A stretch of DNA of 63,702 nt, the filler included, from Saprolegnia diclina VS20 (taxonomy: Eukaryota), in assembly GCF_000281045.1 (NCBI RefSeq). It is 5 parts of 2 records of this genome, joined end to end, with 100 filler letters (N's around TTAATTAATTAA, not from the genome) between each part and the next. Parts side by side here need not be neighbours in the genome. Positions count along the whole stretch, not along the records: positions 1 to 6,848 come from NW_008246120.1; positions 6,949 to 21,915 come from NW_008246121.1; 3 more parts are not named here. One strand, 5' to 3'. Shown here piece by piece: positions 1-11,400 of the stretch (positions are counted from its first letter, which is position 1; each line of letters begins with the position of its first letter). The notes beneath the pieces were generated by a model. It did not search any database. It had not been told where the DNA came from and saw only the letters and a program-made list of their open reading frames with translations. Made by a program: the position numbers and the translations under genes.

Positions 1-3000
1 TGGAGGTAGAGCCGCCGGCCAAAGAGGACCCACTTGATCTCGAGGACGCGACGAAAAGCGGGATGCTCGAGACACGCTTGCTGCGTCGCAAAGGTCTCGT
101 CCGGGTCTTGAAGGTCCAAGGTCAAGACCGCGCGGAGGGGACTGTGTTTAGCACTCACGCCGTAGACGAGGTCCAACTACAAGAGACCGTGAGCCGCAGA
201 AGAGGGGCGATACGATAAAGACTATGAGATGAAAGTACCTTGGAAAACATGGCTTCGTGGCGACGCAAGTCGACGCAGTCGTCCAAGAACGTAGGACCGA
301 GCGTCGCGTTGCAGCGAATCGCGCGGAGGAAGCTGTCATCTTTGAAGACTTCGCTGGTTGTCAGTGTGATCATGCTCAGCGCGCGCTTGTTGCGAAACTC
401 TTGCGAGTTGTCTCTCGCGCGCTCTTCCTTCTCGAGAAGCTGCAGAATCTGATCATATTTGGCACTTTTCTCGCCAGGCAAGACGGATCGCAGCCTCTCG
501 ACGATGGGAATTCCGTCCTGCGAATTGTTTGTGGTTAGGTTAGGGCTAGGTTATAAAGATGGATGGTACCAGCTTGGGATCGAGATCGGCGCGGTGCACT
601 ATGAGCAGCTCGACAATGGCCAAGTGCCCATGAATGGCGGCATGAAGAAGGGCTGTGCACGCGTTCTATCCAAGCTGCTTATAAACTCTCTCCATTTGAC
701 AACTATGAACCTTGTCCACTTGATCAATGTCGGCTTCGTGCTGCAACAGATACTCAACGTTGACCAAGCTGCCGAGCTTTGCCGCTATCATGAGAGCACT
801 CGTTCCGTCCTACAATGCCACAAGCTCACCACAGTGGTAGTGTTTGGGTATCATTTACCGTCGACTGCGCGTCCACATTTGGTCGAAATTGAGCAAAGAG
901 TGCTTCTAAAATGGACATGGGTAGTCCTTTTTCGATCGCGACGTGCAGCGGTGTCTTCTGGGCCTGGATTCGATTTCGAGAGTTTAGCATCAGAAACAAC
1001 GTAGTCGACCGTCTACCTGCAGACCGTCGAGCGCTTCGTCGACGTTGACAAGTCGCACGAGATAATACGCAGGATAGGCTTTCTCGAGGAGCCAATTGTC
1101 ACACAAAACGACCTCGCACAGACGTCCATTTTCGCTTGCCTCGTTCCGATGTACTCGGACATCAGCCTATCGAAGAGGCGTTTGGGTCGAGTACGAGCCT
1201 TTCTATCTGCTGTCCTACCGCGGAGATATCGGTCCGAAACCCGTGGTGGGCACCTGCTTGAAGGAGCAGGCGTACGCACATAGCGTGGTTGTTTGTGGTT
1301 GCGACATGCAGTGGGCGTCGAATCAGGTCCAAGGGTGTCCATTCATCCGCCTGACGAAATCGACGTTGTGATCAACAGAGACGAGGTTGCATGTGGTGTG
1401 GCTTACGGAGCACGTCTCGATACCAATCTCGAGTTGGAACTGCTCCAAGAGTAGCGCCAAGATGCGTTCGTTGCCAAAGTAACAAGCATAATGCAACGCA
1501 GTGTTCCCCTACGCAAGATACCAGTGAGATACAAAAGCACGGTCAGGTTGGTTTGACGTGGGCATCTGGTTCGTTGATGGTGGCGATATCGCGCGACGCC
1601 TCGAGACGGTGTTGTAGCTCGTCCCACTTTTTCTCGGCTGCAAGTTTGGCGAGGAGCGTGTCGGTCGCCCAGCGCGTCTCCAAGCAGGCACCAACGCATG
1701 TCCGCGGTGGTGTTCCCTCGCGCGGCACTGTGGTCTGCAAGCAACAGTATTGTCAGTATGACCCATCACAGTGTACGGGTTTGGGTACATTGCGAGTGTA
1801 GTCGAGGGGTAGTTGCTTCTCGCGTGTGAGATGCAGAAGCACTTGTAGCGTGGCGGTATTGGTGATGCCGTCGACATTCTCCTTGCACACGAGTCCTTTC
1901 TCCAATAGCACCTCGACGACAGTGCGCCCATGCTACATACGGCGTTAGGGGCCGTGTTGGAAGAATGAATGTACACCTTGTCGTGCAGTGCCAGCATTTT
2001 CTTTGTGCAGTGGGGCAAAACGAGCTCAGCGACTTGCGTCTGCGCGTTGCTATCGAGCGCTTCCACCGCGTACATCATCACGGTCTTTCCGTCCTACAAC
2101 CATAGGTCGTCAGATCCTATGTCCATCGTACGCTCGTGAAGACCATGTCCCGATCGAAGAGCGCTGCTTCCACGACCTCCCGTGCGTCACTGGAAGTGGT
2201 CGAGATCTCAAAAAGCCATTGCTGGATGCCACTGGCGTCGTTGGCGCGGGCCATGCAGTGCAGTGGGAACTGCGATCGAAAGTTGCCTTCTTGCTCCAGC
2301 ATCGCCCGCACGCTGGGATCTTGAGCGAGGTCGGCCGCGATCTTATGAAACTAGCAACGGCCTGAGGTGAGCCCTCCTACCCTCCTACAGCGTGCGTCAC
2401 ACCTCGTTTTTGATGTCGAGCGGCACATTATGACAGAGACGAAGGAGACGACCGAGATGATGCTTCTCGAGCGCTTCGTCCATGAGCATGACAAAGGTAT
2501 GCACCACCGAGTTGCCTCCCTACCAAAGCAGCTGCCACGCGACAATGAGGTGAAGAGATGTGTACATTGTCGACGGCCTTGGCATTGGCGCCGGCTCGGA
2601 GCAGCATTGCGATCGCATTGACGTCGCGTAGGCCGCTGGCGGTGTGCAGTGGTGTCTTTCCTGCCTACCGACAGTTTGTACAAAATGGACGTACGTCAAT
2701 GGACCTTGTTGCGTGCGTGGACAAAAGATGGGTTCTGCGAAAGGAGCCATGTTAGCACCGCCGTCGCGCGCTTGTGGACGGCGTAATGTGCAATCGAATC
2801 GCCGTCAAATTCCCCCTGCATGTTCTACTCAAGTCGTCAAATGACATGCGCGATGTCAACGCTCATCGCCACGTACCGCGGACGCCGTCAACAAGGCCGG
2901 ACACGCCGCGACGAGGAGCTGAACAATATCCAGGCGATGGTGTCCGATGGCCACAAACGCTGGCCCCATGAGGTCCTAGCCAAACGTCCAAGGGAAGCCC

Positions 3001-3370
3001 ACCAATCAAGGATACGTACAGTAGCGCTGGCGTTCAACTCGGGCCGCTCCAGTACGAGCTTGACAACGTCGTCGTATCCGTCAGCGACGGCCCGGTTTAA
3101 GACACTCTTGCCCTGCAAGTCATTGGGCTAGTTAGTACAGAGGGAATCGACGTCCAGGAGAATGCGCACCTCGAAGCGTAGCGTGAGGGCCTTGCCATCA
3201 ATCGTTGCTTGCTGCAGCCGCTTCCGCACAATGTCCGTTTTGCCCTCGGCGAGGAGCTGCGCCATGCTCTTGGTCGCATCGGCGGGATCGCTCGTCGTGA
3301 CGGGCGTCTCATCCTCCGAGTCGTGGTCCGTCTCGGAGAGGAGCGATGCGGCGCGTGCTTTTCCGTGCAT
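1..3370 (-). CDS. Ankyrin-repeat TRP-like ion channel, paralog A (multi-exon; 3' end runs off the window)
   Basis: ATG at 3370 (MHGKARAASLLSETDH). Ankyrin exons include KTPLHVAIEKG and FPLHCMARAND. The last visible exon (176..1) reads LDLVYG...CLEHPAFRRVLEIKWVLFGRRLYL, resembling the TRPA-type pre-S1 'HP..x..KW..G' helix. The transmembrane region is not in the window. Confidence 0.7.
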
Positions 3371-3806
3371 CGCGGTATGCCTGTGCATGAGATCGCAAGC
3401 TTGTTGTTCCTCTTCGAACAAGAAGCGATTTGAAAGCGCGATCTTCTGCGTTGAGGGTCTCTCTCGTCTCCAATATGCGGCCGTCGCGGGGCTGATGCAC
3501 CACGATACGATGCCAATCCAAACCTCCACTTGCTATCCGGCCTCGCGCCAGAAGTATCAGCTCATTGCCGACGACATCTCCGTTCACGTCATTTCGGGAA
3601 GACTGCACGCGCGCCGCTCATGCGTTGGCAGCGAGCGTCAGAGGTGCAAGCGCACCCATCGTATCGAGTCAAGGGCTTGAGAGAGAGAGTAAGCAAGCTC
3701 CACGACGAAGGACGGCCCTCAGCGAATTCTCTTGTTCGAGGCTTCAACCCTTCGACAAGTTTTGTTCGAAATGGCACTTGTCCGCCAAACGCATACGCAA
3801 ACACGC

Positions 3807-6800
3807 ATGACGGCCAAGCCGTTGAAAGCGCGCGCGGCGTCCTTGATGTCCGAGACTGACCACGAGTCGGACGACGAGGCTGTGTTGCCACTCGGTGATC
3901 CGGCCGATGTGACCAAGTCTCTGCCGCAACTCCTGCATGAAGGCAAGAAAGCGCTGGTGCTACAGCAGCTTCAAACAGGTCCCGTCACTCTGGACGAGCT
4001 CACCGCAACGTTCGACGTACGCCTCGTCGCGCATGCATGTGTTTTCATGCATGTGCCCTGTAGGATGCGACCGTCTTGGGCATGGCGGCCTTTCTCGGAT
4101 ATGAAGATATCGTAGGCGACGTGTTGGCGCGCCAAGAGGTCTACGACGTCCCCAAGGTACTGCCTTCAGCTCTACCCGCGATGCTCACTATGGTTAGTAC
4201 ATGGTCCTCGCCGCTTTCAAAGCGATCGAGAAGAATCAAGTGCGCACGCTGCAACTCTTGTGTGCGGCCAACCCGCACTGGATCCCATCGCTGCAAACGC
4301 CGGTACGACTAGATTGTGCGTCATTTCTACTACGACTCGGTAGTTCACCGAGAACGTCTGTCCTCTCCTGCACTTTGCGGCCTTCTTCAGCGCCAACGCT
4401 GTGCTCGCGTGGGTCCTCCAGCAGCCGCTGCCGACCGGCGCCGTCAACGCAATGGACGACGTATGTACCTCGTCCGACGTGAGGTTGACAAATGCGATCG
4501 AACATGCGATAGACGCGACAAACACCACTGTATTTTGCAAACTACGAGTCTAATTTCCGGGGCATGAAGCTGCTCTTGCGTGCTGGCGCCAACGTCCACG
4601 AAGTTGACCAAGTATGTAGCCACTTGCATGGGAAATGCGGGGCCTAACACGCTCGATGTAGCAAGGCCATTCGGCACTGTGCGCGACGCTCTTGAGCGTC
4701 CACAACCTCGACGGCGTCAAGCTCAAGATCGTCATGCTTCTCTTCGCGTATGGGGCCGACCTGCACCCGCGCGAAGTTGGGAGCAAGAAGATGTACACGG
4801 GGTTTGGTCTCTCGCAAGCGTCGCGCGTCTCAAAAAGTGGCCAAGTCCACGCCCTCTTACGACACGAAGATGCCTTTCGACGGGAGTTTCCGCTGCACTG
4901 CTTGGCCCGCGACAACAATGTGAGTGGCGTCCGCGCCTGGCTGGACGAGACGCTCGCAGCCACCCACGTCAACGCATACGACGACGATGACGACGAGGAT
5001 GCAGCAGAGCCCATGACGGCGATCAATGCCGCCCTGTCTGCACCGGACAAGGTGGGTATGCGCTCGTACTTTATGTATGCGGAACGATAGTAGGATGGGA
5101 AAACGGCGCTGATCTATGCGGCTGACGCCATCGACGGCGCGGCACCGACCCAAGTGCTCGAGATCCTCCTTCCGCACGCTTCGACGGCATCGTTGATGGT
5201 GCAGGACAAGGTACGTTTCCATGGCAAGCGGCCGTAAGCCAAGTCTGTAGAACGGGCGAACTGTGCTCGACTGCCTCTTGGAGAAGGACCTTGTGTGCAA
5301 CGCCAACCTGGATGATGCAACAAACGCAGCCATTCTGCGCGTCATGCACGTCCTAACGCGCGAGAAAATGGTGGCTCTCGACTTTGTCTCCAGCGTAGGC
5401 CGACACGAAGGCTAGCACATTCGAAGCTTCTTGTAGGCGTCGGTCCCACGGCAAGGCACGCAGCCCCTCACGTGCACCGGTGTTTGCTCCGAGACGAGCC
5501 AGTTGAGCAGCACCACCTTGCCCCAGCTCGCCGAGAAGCGAAAATGGAGTGAGCTCGAGCGTCGGCTGGAAGCTTCAAACGATATCAGCACCATCAACGA
5601 GTACGATGCCAAGGTGCGTACACGTCCATTTCCTGTCTTTACGGACGTCGTTAGGGCCACACGGTGCTCTATCATGTGTGCGACGCTGGCAACGATGGGC
5701 TCTTGGCGTTGCTGCTCCAGCAGTCCACACTCAACGTCAACCTTACCATGCGCGACGTACCTACCTGGCATATCGATCTTTTGTTTTAAATACGCTATGC
5801 TAGTCGAGCGAGACCGCCGTCGCATTTGCGAGCGCTCGTGGCCACGATGAGTGCGTGCGGTTGCTTTTACGAGCCGGTGCGCACCACGGCATTCGACTCG
5901 AAGCTGTACGTCCTCTGCCACCTACATCTACGATCACAAAGTCGCAACTGTCAGCCCTTACGCTAGTCGGCCAAGGACCTCCAAATGTACACGTATGACA
6001 GAGCCAAGCCGAGCCGCACGCTGCTTCATGAGAGCTGGCTACTGGAAAAGGCGTACCCCGACTACCACCTCGCTCGCCTCCTCAATGTTCACGAGGCCGA
6101 GAGGCACATCGAGGTTGGCATAACCTTGTGAAGGACAATGCTATTTAATATTTTGTAGGCGCTCGAGACAGCCTTGCACATTGCAATTACGAACGAACTA
6201 CCCGAGAACGTTGTCGAATCATTGCTGGGGCAGCACAGCGCGGATGTCGACGCCCAAACCAAGATTGTCCCGGGTTGTATAGTTGTTGTTTGACAATCGA
6301 GATGTAGACGGGCGAGACGGCGCTCATGATGGCGGCCAAGCAAGGTTGCATGCGCCTTGCTCAAGTTCTCTTAGAGGCAGACACTGATGTCGACGTTATC
6401 GACGCCGTATGTGGCCACGGACCAAAACTACCTCAACGGCAGTGCGTAGAACAAGTGCACAGCGCTACTGCATGCTGCGGTACTGGGGCACGTGGGAATT
6501 GTCGAACTGCTGCTTGTGTATCGCGCCGACCTCGATCCCAAGCTGGTACCACCGATCTTCATAACCTAGCCCTAACATAAACCTAACCACGACTCATGCA
6601 CAGGACGGAATTCCCATCGTCGAGAGACTGCAATCCGTCTTGCCTGGCGAGAAAAGTGACAAACATGATCAGATCCTGCAGCTTCTCGAGAAGGAAGAGC
6701 GCGCGAGAGACAACTCGCAAGAGTTTCGCAACAAGCGCGCGCTGAGCATGATCACACTGATAACCAGCGAAGTCTTCAAAGATGACAGCTTCCTCCGCGC

Positions 6801-6848
6801 GATTCGCTGCAACGCGACGCTCGGTCCTACGTTCTTGGACGACTGCGT
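3807..6848 (+). CDS. Ankyrin-repeat TRP-like ion channel, paralog B (multi-exon; truncated by assembly gap)
   Basis: ATG at 3807 (MTAKPLKARAASLMSETDH). Collinear with paralog A: FPLHCLARDNN, ETALHIAITNE, LMMAAKQG. The last exon is near-identical to paralog A (LLEKEERARDNSQEFRNKRALSM). Confidence 0.7.
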
Positions 6849-6948
6849 NNNNNNNNNNNNNNNNNNNNNNNNNNNNNNNNNNNNNNNNNNNNTTAATTAA
6901 TTAANNNNNNNNNNNNNNNNNNNNNNNNNNNNNNNNNNNNNNNNNNNN
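6849..6948. other. Assembly gap with artificial TTAATTAATTAA linker
   Basis: N44-TTAATTAATTAA-N44; the linker gives stop codons in all six frames. Confidence 0.95.
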
Positions 6949-7134
6949 AAGTGACCCGGAACGTCTGTGCGGATCACAACGCACAAACGTCACTCATGGA
7001 CAACAGGTACATGATTCGTACTTCGAATTCCGGATACCGTGCAAATAGAAGGCATGCAATGGCTATAGCGCCACCGCGTCAGCGCAATACCAGCGGCACA
7101 CCCGCAAGCGTGATGTCTTACGAAAGGCCATGTC

Positions 7135-7440
7135 GTGAACTTTCGATTGCACCACAATATAGCCTAATATGTCTCAAAATGAGCGAGAAAATCAACATCC
7201 TTGTCACCGTCCAGATGCGCCGGATAACTGCCCTTGCGTCACTTCAGGGCTCCCGGGTCACCACAATACTTGTGTCATACCCGTGAGCGCGCTGTCTTAC
7301 GATAGTGCATGAAATAAGCTTTCGATTGAGCTTGAGTCTAGCCCGACACGACGTAAAATGAGAGAGAAAATCAACATCCTTGTCAGCTCCATGGCATCGT
7401 CCAGATCGTGTTCGATTTGCCCGCTTTCGTCCGGATAGCA
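7135..7440. repeat. Degenerate direct repeat, about 180 bp period (2 copies)
   Basis: AAAATGAG(C/A)GAGAAAATCAACATCCTTGTCA at about 7176 and 7355. Each copy is preceded by CTTTCGATTG and followed by CGTCCAGAT...CCGGATA. Confidence 0.6.
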
Positions 7441-8463
7441 ACAGCACTTCGATCTTCGATTCACCGTTGAATACTTTAATCAAGATAGAGTCAAATGTGC
7501 TCGGGTGCGAGAACCATAGTGAGAGTAAGTAAAAACGAGTTATGTACCTGTTCTCATGGACATAATGTGGCGACGTCCTACGTATTGCACCCAGAGCACG
7601 TCAGGTTGCAACTTAGGCGCCATTTACAGAAGTTGCTTGACGTCTGGTTTAATGTTTTAGTACACTGGGTAGACCAGTCATACTAGTATATCGCCATGCG
7701 TTCCTCCAGTAAGGAGGTCTGTGCGTAGTAGTCGGCAACAAAGCGTTATTGGCCAGCGACTCGCGCGTCTGTCTGGCAATGCAAGACCGTCGTTCGTATG
7801 AGAGCTCGCTATTCGCCGCGTTCATTCTGAACAAACGCCGTTTGGGTGTGTCGGTGGTCGGTGGTGCGCGACACGATGAGGAGACACCAGCGGCCGCCAT
7901 CTGCTACAACATCTGGTGAAAGCTTCGGAACCAGACCTGATTACGGTATGTCCCCGAGAGCGCGTCCGCTGCAGCAACTTGAACAACACCAGCTTGCATG
8001 CTGCGTCAACGACCACCGTCTTCCAAGTGCGCCATCCACACGCCTCGCCTTCAACACGGCTAAGCCTCGCCGCTGATGCCGTCTAGCTCAACACGCTCTG
8101 AATCGAAAGTCCACCCCCCAAAAACAGTTCAGTGTAAATTATATCTAAATAGACTCACTTCAACAACAACCACCGTCTTCCAATGTGAAGTGCGCCTTCA
8201 TGATGATTGATCAAGCAAGTCCAGTGCTTTTAGGCTGGATCATCCACGGGCACTCGCGTCGCAGCAGCGACAGGCGGTCGTTTGCTGTCTCTTCTTTCGC
8301 ACAGCTCATCCGCAGCTTCTGTCGTGCAACGAACGGACACCAACTTTGCCTCGAGAAAGCGTCGGGACGGAAGACATGGGTCAGGTTTCCCGAATCATAT
8401 GTTTTTGCTTGTCAAAGCGTCAAAGAGCCAGACGAGACCACAAAACACTGAATTACGCAGTAT

Positions 8464-9381
8464 TTAAACAAGAACGGCGAGCGTCGTCGCGAATAGGGCG
8501 ACGGCAGAGACGGTGACAGCCGAGGCGCTGGACGCCGCCGGCGCCTCCGTCGCGGTGTGGGACGTTGTAAGCGCCGCGCGCATCGAGAGGACGGCCGCGT
8601 CGAACGGGATCACGCCGAGAATGTTCGTGGGCAGCGCGAGGCCGAGCTGGTGCACGATGCACGGCGGCGTCACCATCTGCATCATGCCCATGGACGTCGC
8701 GTAGAACTCGCGGCAGTTTTGCGACTTGGAGAAGGCGTCGACCATCTCCTTCGTGCCCGGCACCCAGCCGGTGACCGCCATCTTGAGGTAATCTTCGTTG
8801 ATATCCTTGGAGCAGAGAGCGTACGAGCCCTTCTCCTGCGATGCGTACGCGATCATGCCCGCGAACTCGTCCGACCGGCAGTCCTTGGGCTTGGGCGTCG
8901 GCTTGGGCGTCGGGGCGGCCGTCGTCGGCGTAGGAGCCTGCGTGGCGACAGTAGGCGCCTCCGTAGCGTTGCTGGAAGCCGCGGGGGCTTCCGTCGTCGC
9001 AGGTCCCGCCGTGACCACGCGCTTCATCGTCGCAACGGCCATGTCGAACGTAATGGCAGCGAACGTCGTCGTGTCGAGAGGAAGACCGGCGACCGTGAGC
9101 GAGCACGGCGGCGTGATACCCTTCATGAACTCGCCGGAGGCGACGTAAAAAGCCTTGCAGTTGGCCGACTTGGAAAACGTCTCGACCATTTCTGGTGTCG
9201 ACGGCATGAAGCCAGGTACGGCCATTTGCGCCGGCTGGATCTTGAGCTCGGTGGCGCAGAGCGCGAAGGACGAGGTCGGGTCCTTGGCCAGCGGCAGCAA
9301 GCCCGCAAAGTCCGCGTTGGTGCAGTCGGCAGCAGACGCAAACGCGACTGAAGCGACGAGGAAGCCCAGAGCTGTCTTCAT
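8464..9381 (-). CDS. Secreted, probably GPI-anchored elicitin-like protein with two 4-Cys domains
   Basis: Intronless 305-aa ORF with a signal peptide (MKTALGFLVASVAFASA). Two repeated domains each follow C...ALC...S.NC..FY...PPC, joined by a T/P/A-rich linker. Hydrophobic C-terminus after ASSAS. Confidence 0.75.
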   Translation of the reverse strand: MKTALGFLVASVAFASAADCTNADFAGLLPLAKDPTSSFALCATELKIQPAQMAVPGFMPSTPEMVETFSKSANCKAFYVASGEFMKGITPPCSLTVAGLPLDTTTFAAITFDMAVATMKRVVTAGPATTEAPAASSNATEAPTVATQAPTPTTAAPTPKPTPKPKDCRSDEFAGMIAYASQEKGSYALCSKDINEDYLKMAVTGWVPGTKEMVDAFSKSQNCREFYATSMGMMQMVTPPCIVHQLGLALPTNILGVIPFDAAVLSMRAALTTSHTATEAPAASSASAVTVSAVALFATTLAVLV

Positions 9382-9408
9382 GGTAATTAGATCACGCTAG
9401 TTGGTCGC

Positions 9409-9423
9409 GAAATGGGAAATGGC
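9409..9423 (-). promoter_or_regulatory. Oomycete INR+FPR-like core promoter
   Basis: Minus strand reads GCCATTTCCCATTT about 30-40 nt upstream of the ATG at 9381, similar to the oomycete consensus TCATTYYNCAWTT. Confidence 0.5.
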
Positions 9424-9981
9424 GCAGTGTAGGATTGCCTCGCAGCCACTTGTTTCGTATACAGGTAGTACCCCGAGGTGCCCCGTACACCCGCTTTGCC
9501 ACCTGTTGAGCTACTTGTTGAACATGTGGTCGGGGGCGGTGGCCATCCCGGGACAGGCACGACCCACCAACTCGTTGTGTGTCGTTTCGTCGACGTCGGA
9601 TCAGTGAAGAGAAAAAGAAAGGAAAGCGCCCTTGCACCTCCTTGTTCTCTACATGTGCTGGAGTAACAAGGGCTGGAGTCGACTCTAACTTTGTTAATCC
9701 AGGCTCGGTAATAGAAACCTGTGCACACTTTGGAAATAGCTCGGATCGTGATGCAGCTTGTGTCAAGGGTCGAGTTCGCACTTTCGGCTCGGGCGTCGAC
9801 TGGTCGTGAACCCTACAGTCGCCGACGGGGGCCGAAAGCTGGTCGCGGCTTTCCCGTGTTGCCCGCGCTCGTTTGTTGATTCGAGTTGGTGGTGGTGGAC
9901 GCAACGACCCTGCTGCAGTTGAGGAAGTATTGTTGGCCTCCGTAGATTGCCATTTTTCGATTTGCTTGGTCCATCATCACT

Positions 9982-11400
9982 ATGACGTTTTTGACGACGG
10001 AGGATCTCAAAATGTGCTTTTCGCTATTCTGCTGTGTCTACGGCATCGGCACTCTCGGTATGCCAGCCAACTACGCCCGCGCCGGCTACTACTGGGCGAC
10101 GGGTGCGCTCATTCTCATGGCTGCCATCAACGTCTACGCGTCGTGGTGCATGGCCAAAGTCATGATGGTCGCGCCGCGGAACGTCAAGACCTTCGGAGAC
10201 CTCGGTGAGTGGTCCATGGGCTGCTTCGGCCGGTATGCGGCCAACATCTCACAGCTCCTCGTGTGCGTCATGGTGCCCATTATGTTCCTCGTCCTCGGCG
10301 GGTCGATCCTCACGACGCTTTTCCCGTACTCATTCAAGGACTCGACGTGGATCATTGTCATGGGGGTCACGCTCCTACCCGTGTGCCTCATCCCGACGCT
10401 CAAGGAAGGCGCCGGCGCGGCGTTTGCCGGTGCGCTTGGCACGATCCTCGCCGACGCAATTGCTGTTGGCGTCCTCGTCACCAACATCAGCGAGGCCAAC
10501 GCCGGCCTCTCGGCACCAAAGCCGGACCTCTCTTTCAAGCAAGTGTCGACCGTGTTTGGCAACCTCGCGCTAGCGTACGGCGCTGGCATTGTCATCCCGA
10601 CTTTGACGCGCGAGCACTCGGAGCCGTCGCGCATGCCCCGGGTCATTGTCGTCACTCTGGTCATCGTTTCGATCTTCTTCATGATTGTCGCCGTCACTGG
10701 CGTGTACGAAGTCGGGTGCCAAATCCCCGGCAACCTCCTCTTTGCGATCGCCGGTTCCAAGCTCGGGTTTGCAGCTGACCGGGGCGCCGTCGCCCTCGCC
10801 TTCCTCTTCATGCAGCTGCACATCTCGGTGGCGTTCGCCGTCGTCATGTTCCCGGCCTTTTACATTGCTGAGCGCATCTTCCTGCGCATGCACAAGACGA
10901 CAATTGACCGGAACGAGCGCATCGACCCGAACGCGGTCCTCGAGAACGACGCGGTTCTCGAGGAGCAAACTCCCAAAGACGTCGAATACCCGTCGTTTGA
11001 CGCCGCCGCCGAGTACCGCGTCCCGGGCAAGTATCTCCAGGTTGCCGTCGTGCGCACTGTCATGGTCGGCCTCGCGGTCGTCGTCGCCATTGCGTGGAAG
11101 GACAAGTTTAGCGACCTCCTCGACTTTGTCGGCGCGTCGTCGACGGCAACGTCGTGCATGATCCTCCCGCTGATCTTCTACCTCAAGACCTTTTGGCGCA
11201 GCATCGGTAATGTTGAGCGCGCGGTGGCTTTCTTTTGCACGATCGTGTCCATCTTCTTTGCCATTTACGTCTCGATCACGACGGGCAAGACGCTCTTCGG
11301 CACCACTTCGTCGACCAGCGTCAACTTTCCGTTCTGCCACGCCGCGTTTCAAGACGTCGTGTACACGAACCGCTCGCACTACAACTACACGTCCAACTAG
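9982..11400 (+). CDS. Amino acid permease (AAAP/Aa_trans family), copy 1
   Basis: Intronless 472-aa ORF with about 11 hydrophobic segments. Motifs: YGIGTLGMP.N, LAYGAGIVIP, HSEPSRMPR, LLDFVGA. Confidence 0.92.
   Translation: MTFLTTEDLKMCFSLFCCVYGIGTLGMPANYARAGYYWATGALILMAAINVYASWCMAKVMMVAPRNVKTFGDLGEWSMGCFGRYAANISQLLVCVMVPIMFLVLGGSILTTLFPYSFKDSTWIIVMGVTLLPVCLIPTLKEGAGAAFAGALGTILADAIAVGVLVTNISEANAGLSAPKPDLSFKQVSTVFGNLALAYGAGIVIPTLTREHSEPSRMPRVIVVTLVIVSIFFMIVAVTGVYEVGCQIPGNLLFAIAGSKLGFAADRGAVALAFLFMQLHISVAFAVVMFPAFYIAERIFLRMHKTTIDRNERIDPNAVLENDAVLEEQTPKDVEYPSFDAAAEYRVPGKYLQVAVVRTVMVGLAVVVAIAWKDKFSDLLDFVGASSTATSCMILPLIFYLKTFWRSIGNVERAVAFFCTIVSIFFAIYVSITTGKTLFGTTSSTSVNFPFCHAAFQDVVYTNRSHYNYTSN

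Noticed and set aside
533..552. Telomere-like TTAGGG variants (also about 6565-6590 and 53783-53794)
   Set aside because: Only 2-3 imperfect units, two of them in paralogous introns; too short to call interstitial telomere.
6893..6904. Palindromic TTAATTAATTAA repeated at four places
   Set aside because: Always centred in N runs of the same length; an artificial contig linker, not biology.
7135..8200. Short spaced repeats as a possible CRISPR-like array
   Set aside because: Only two copies of each repeat (also ACCACCGTCTTCCAA at about 8012 and 8170), degenerate, in a eukaryotic context with no cas genes.
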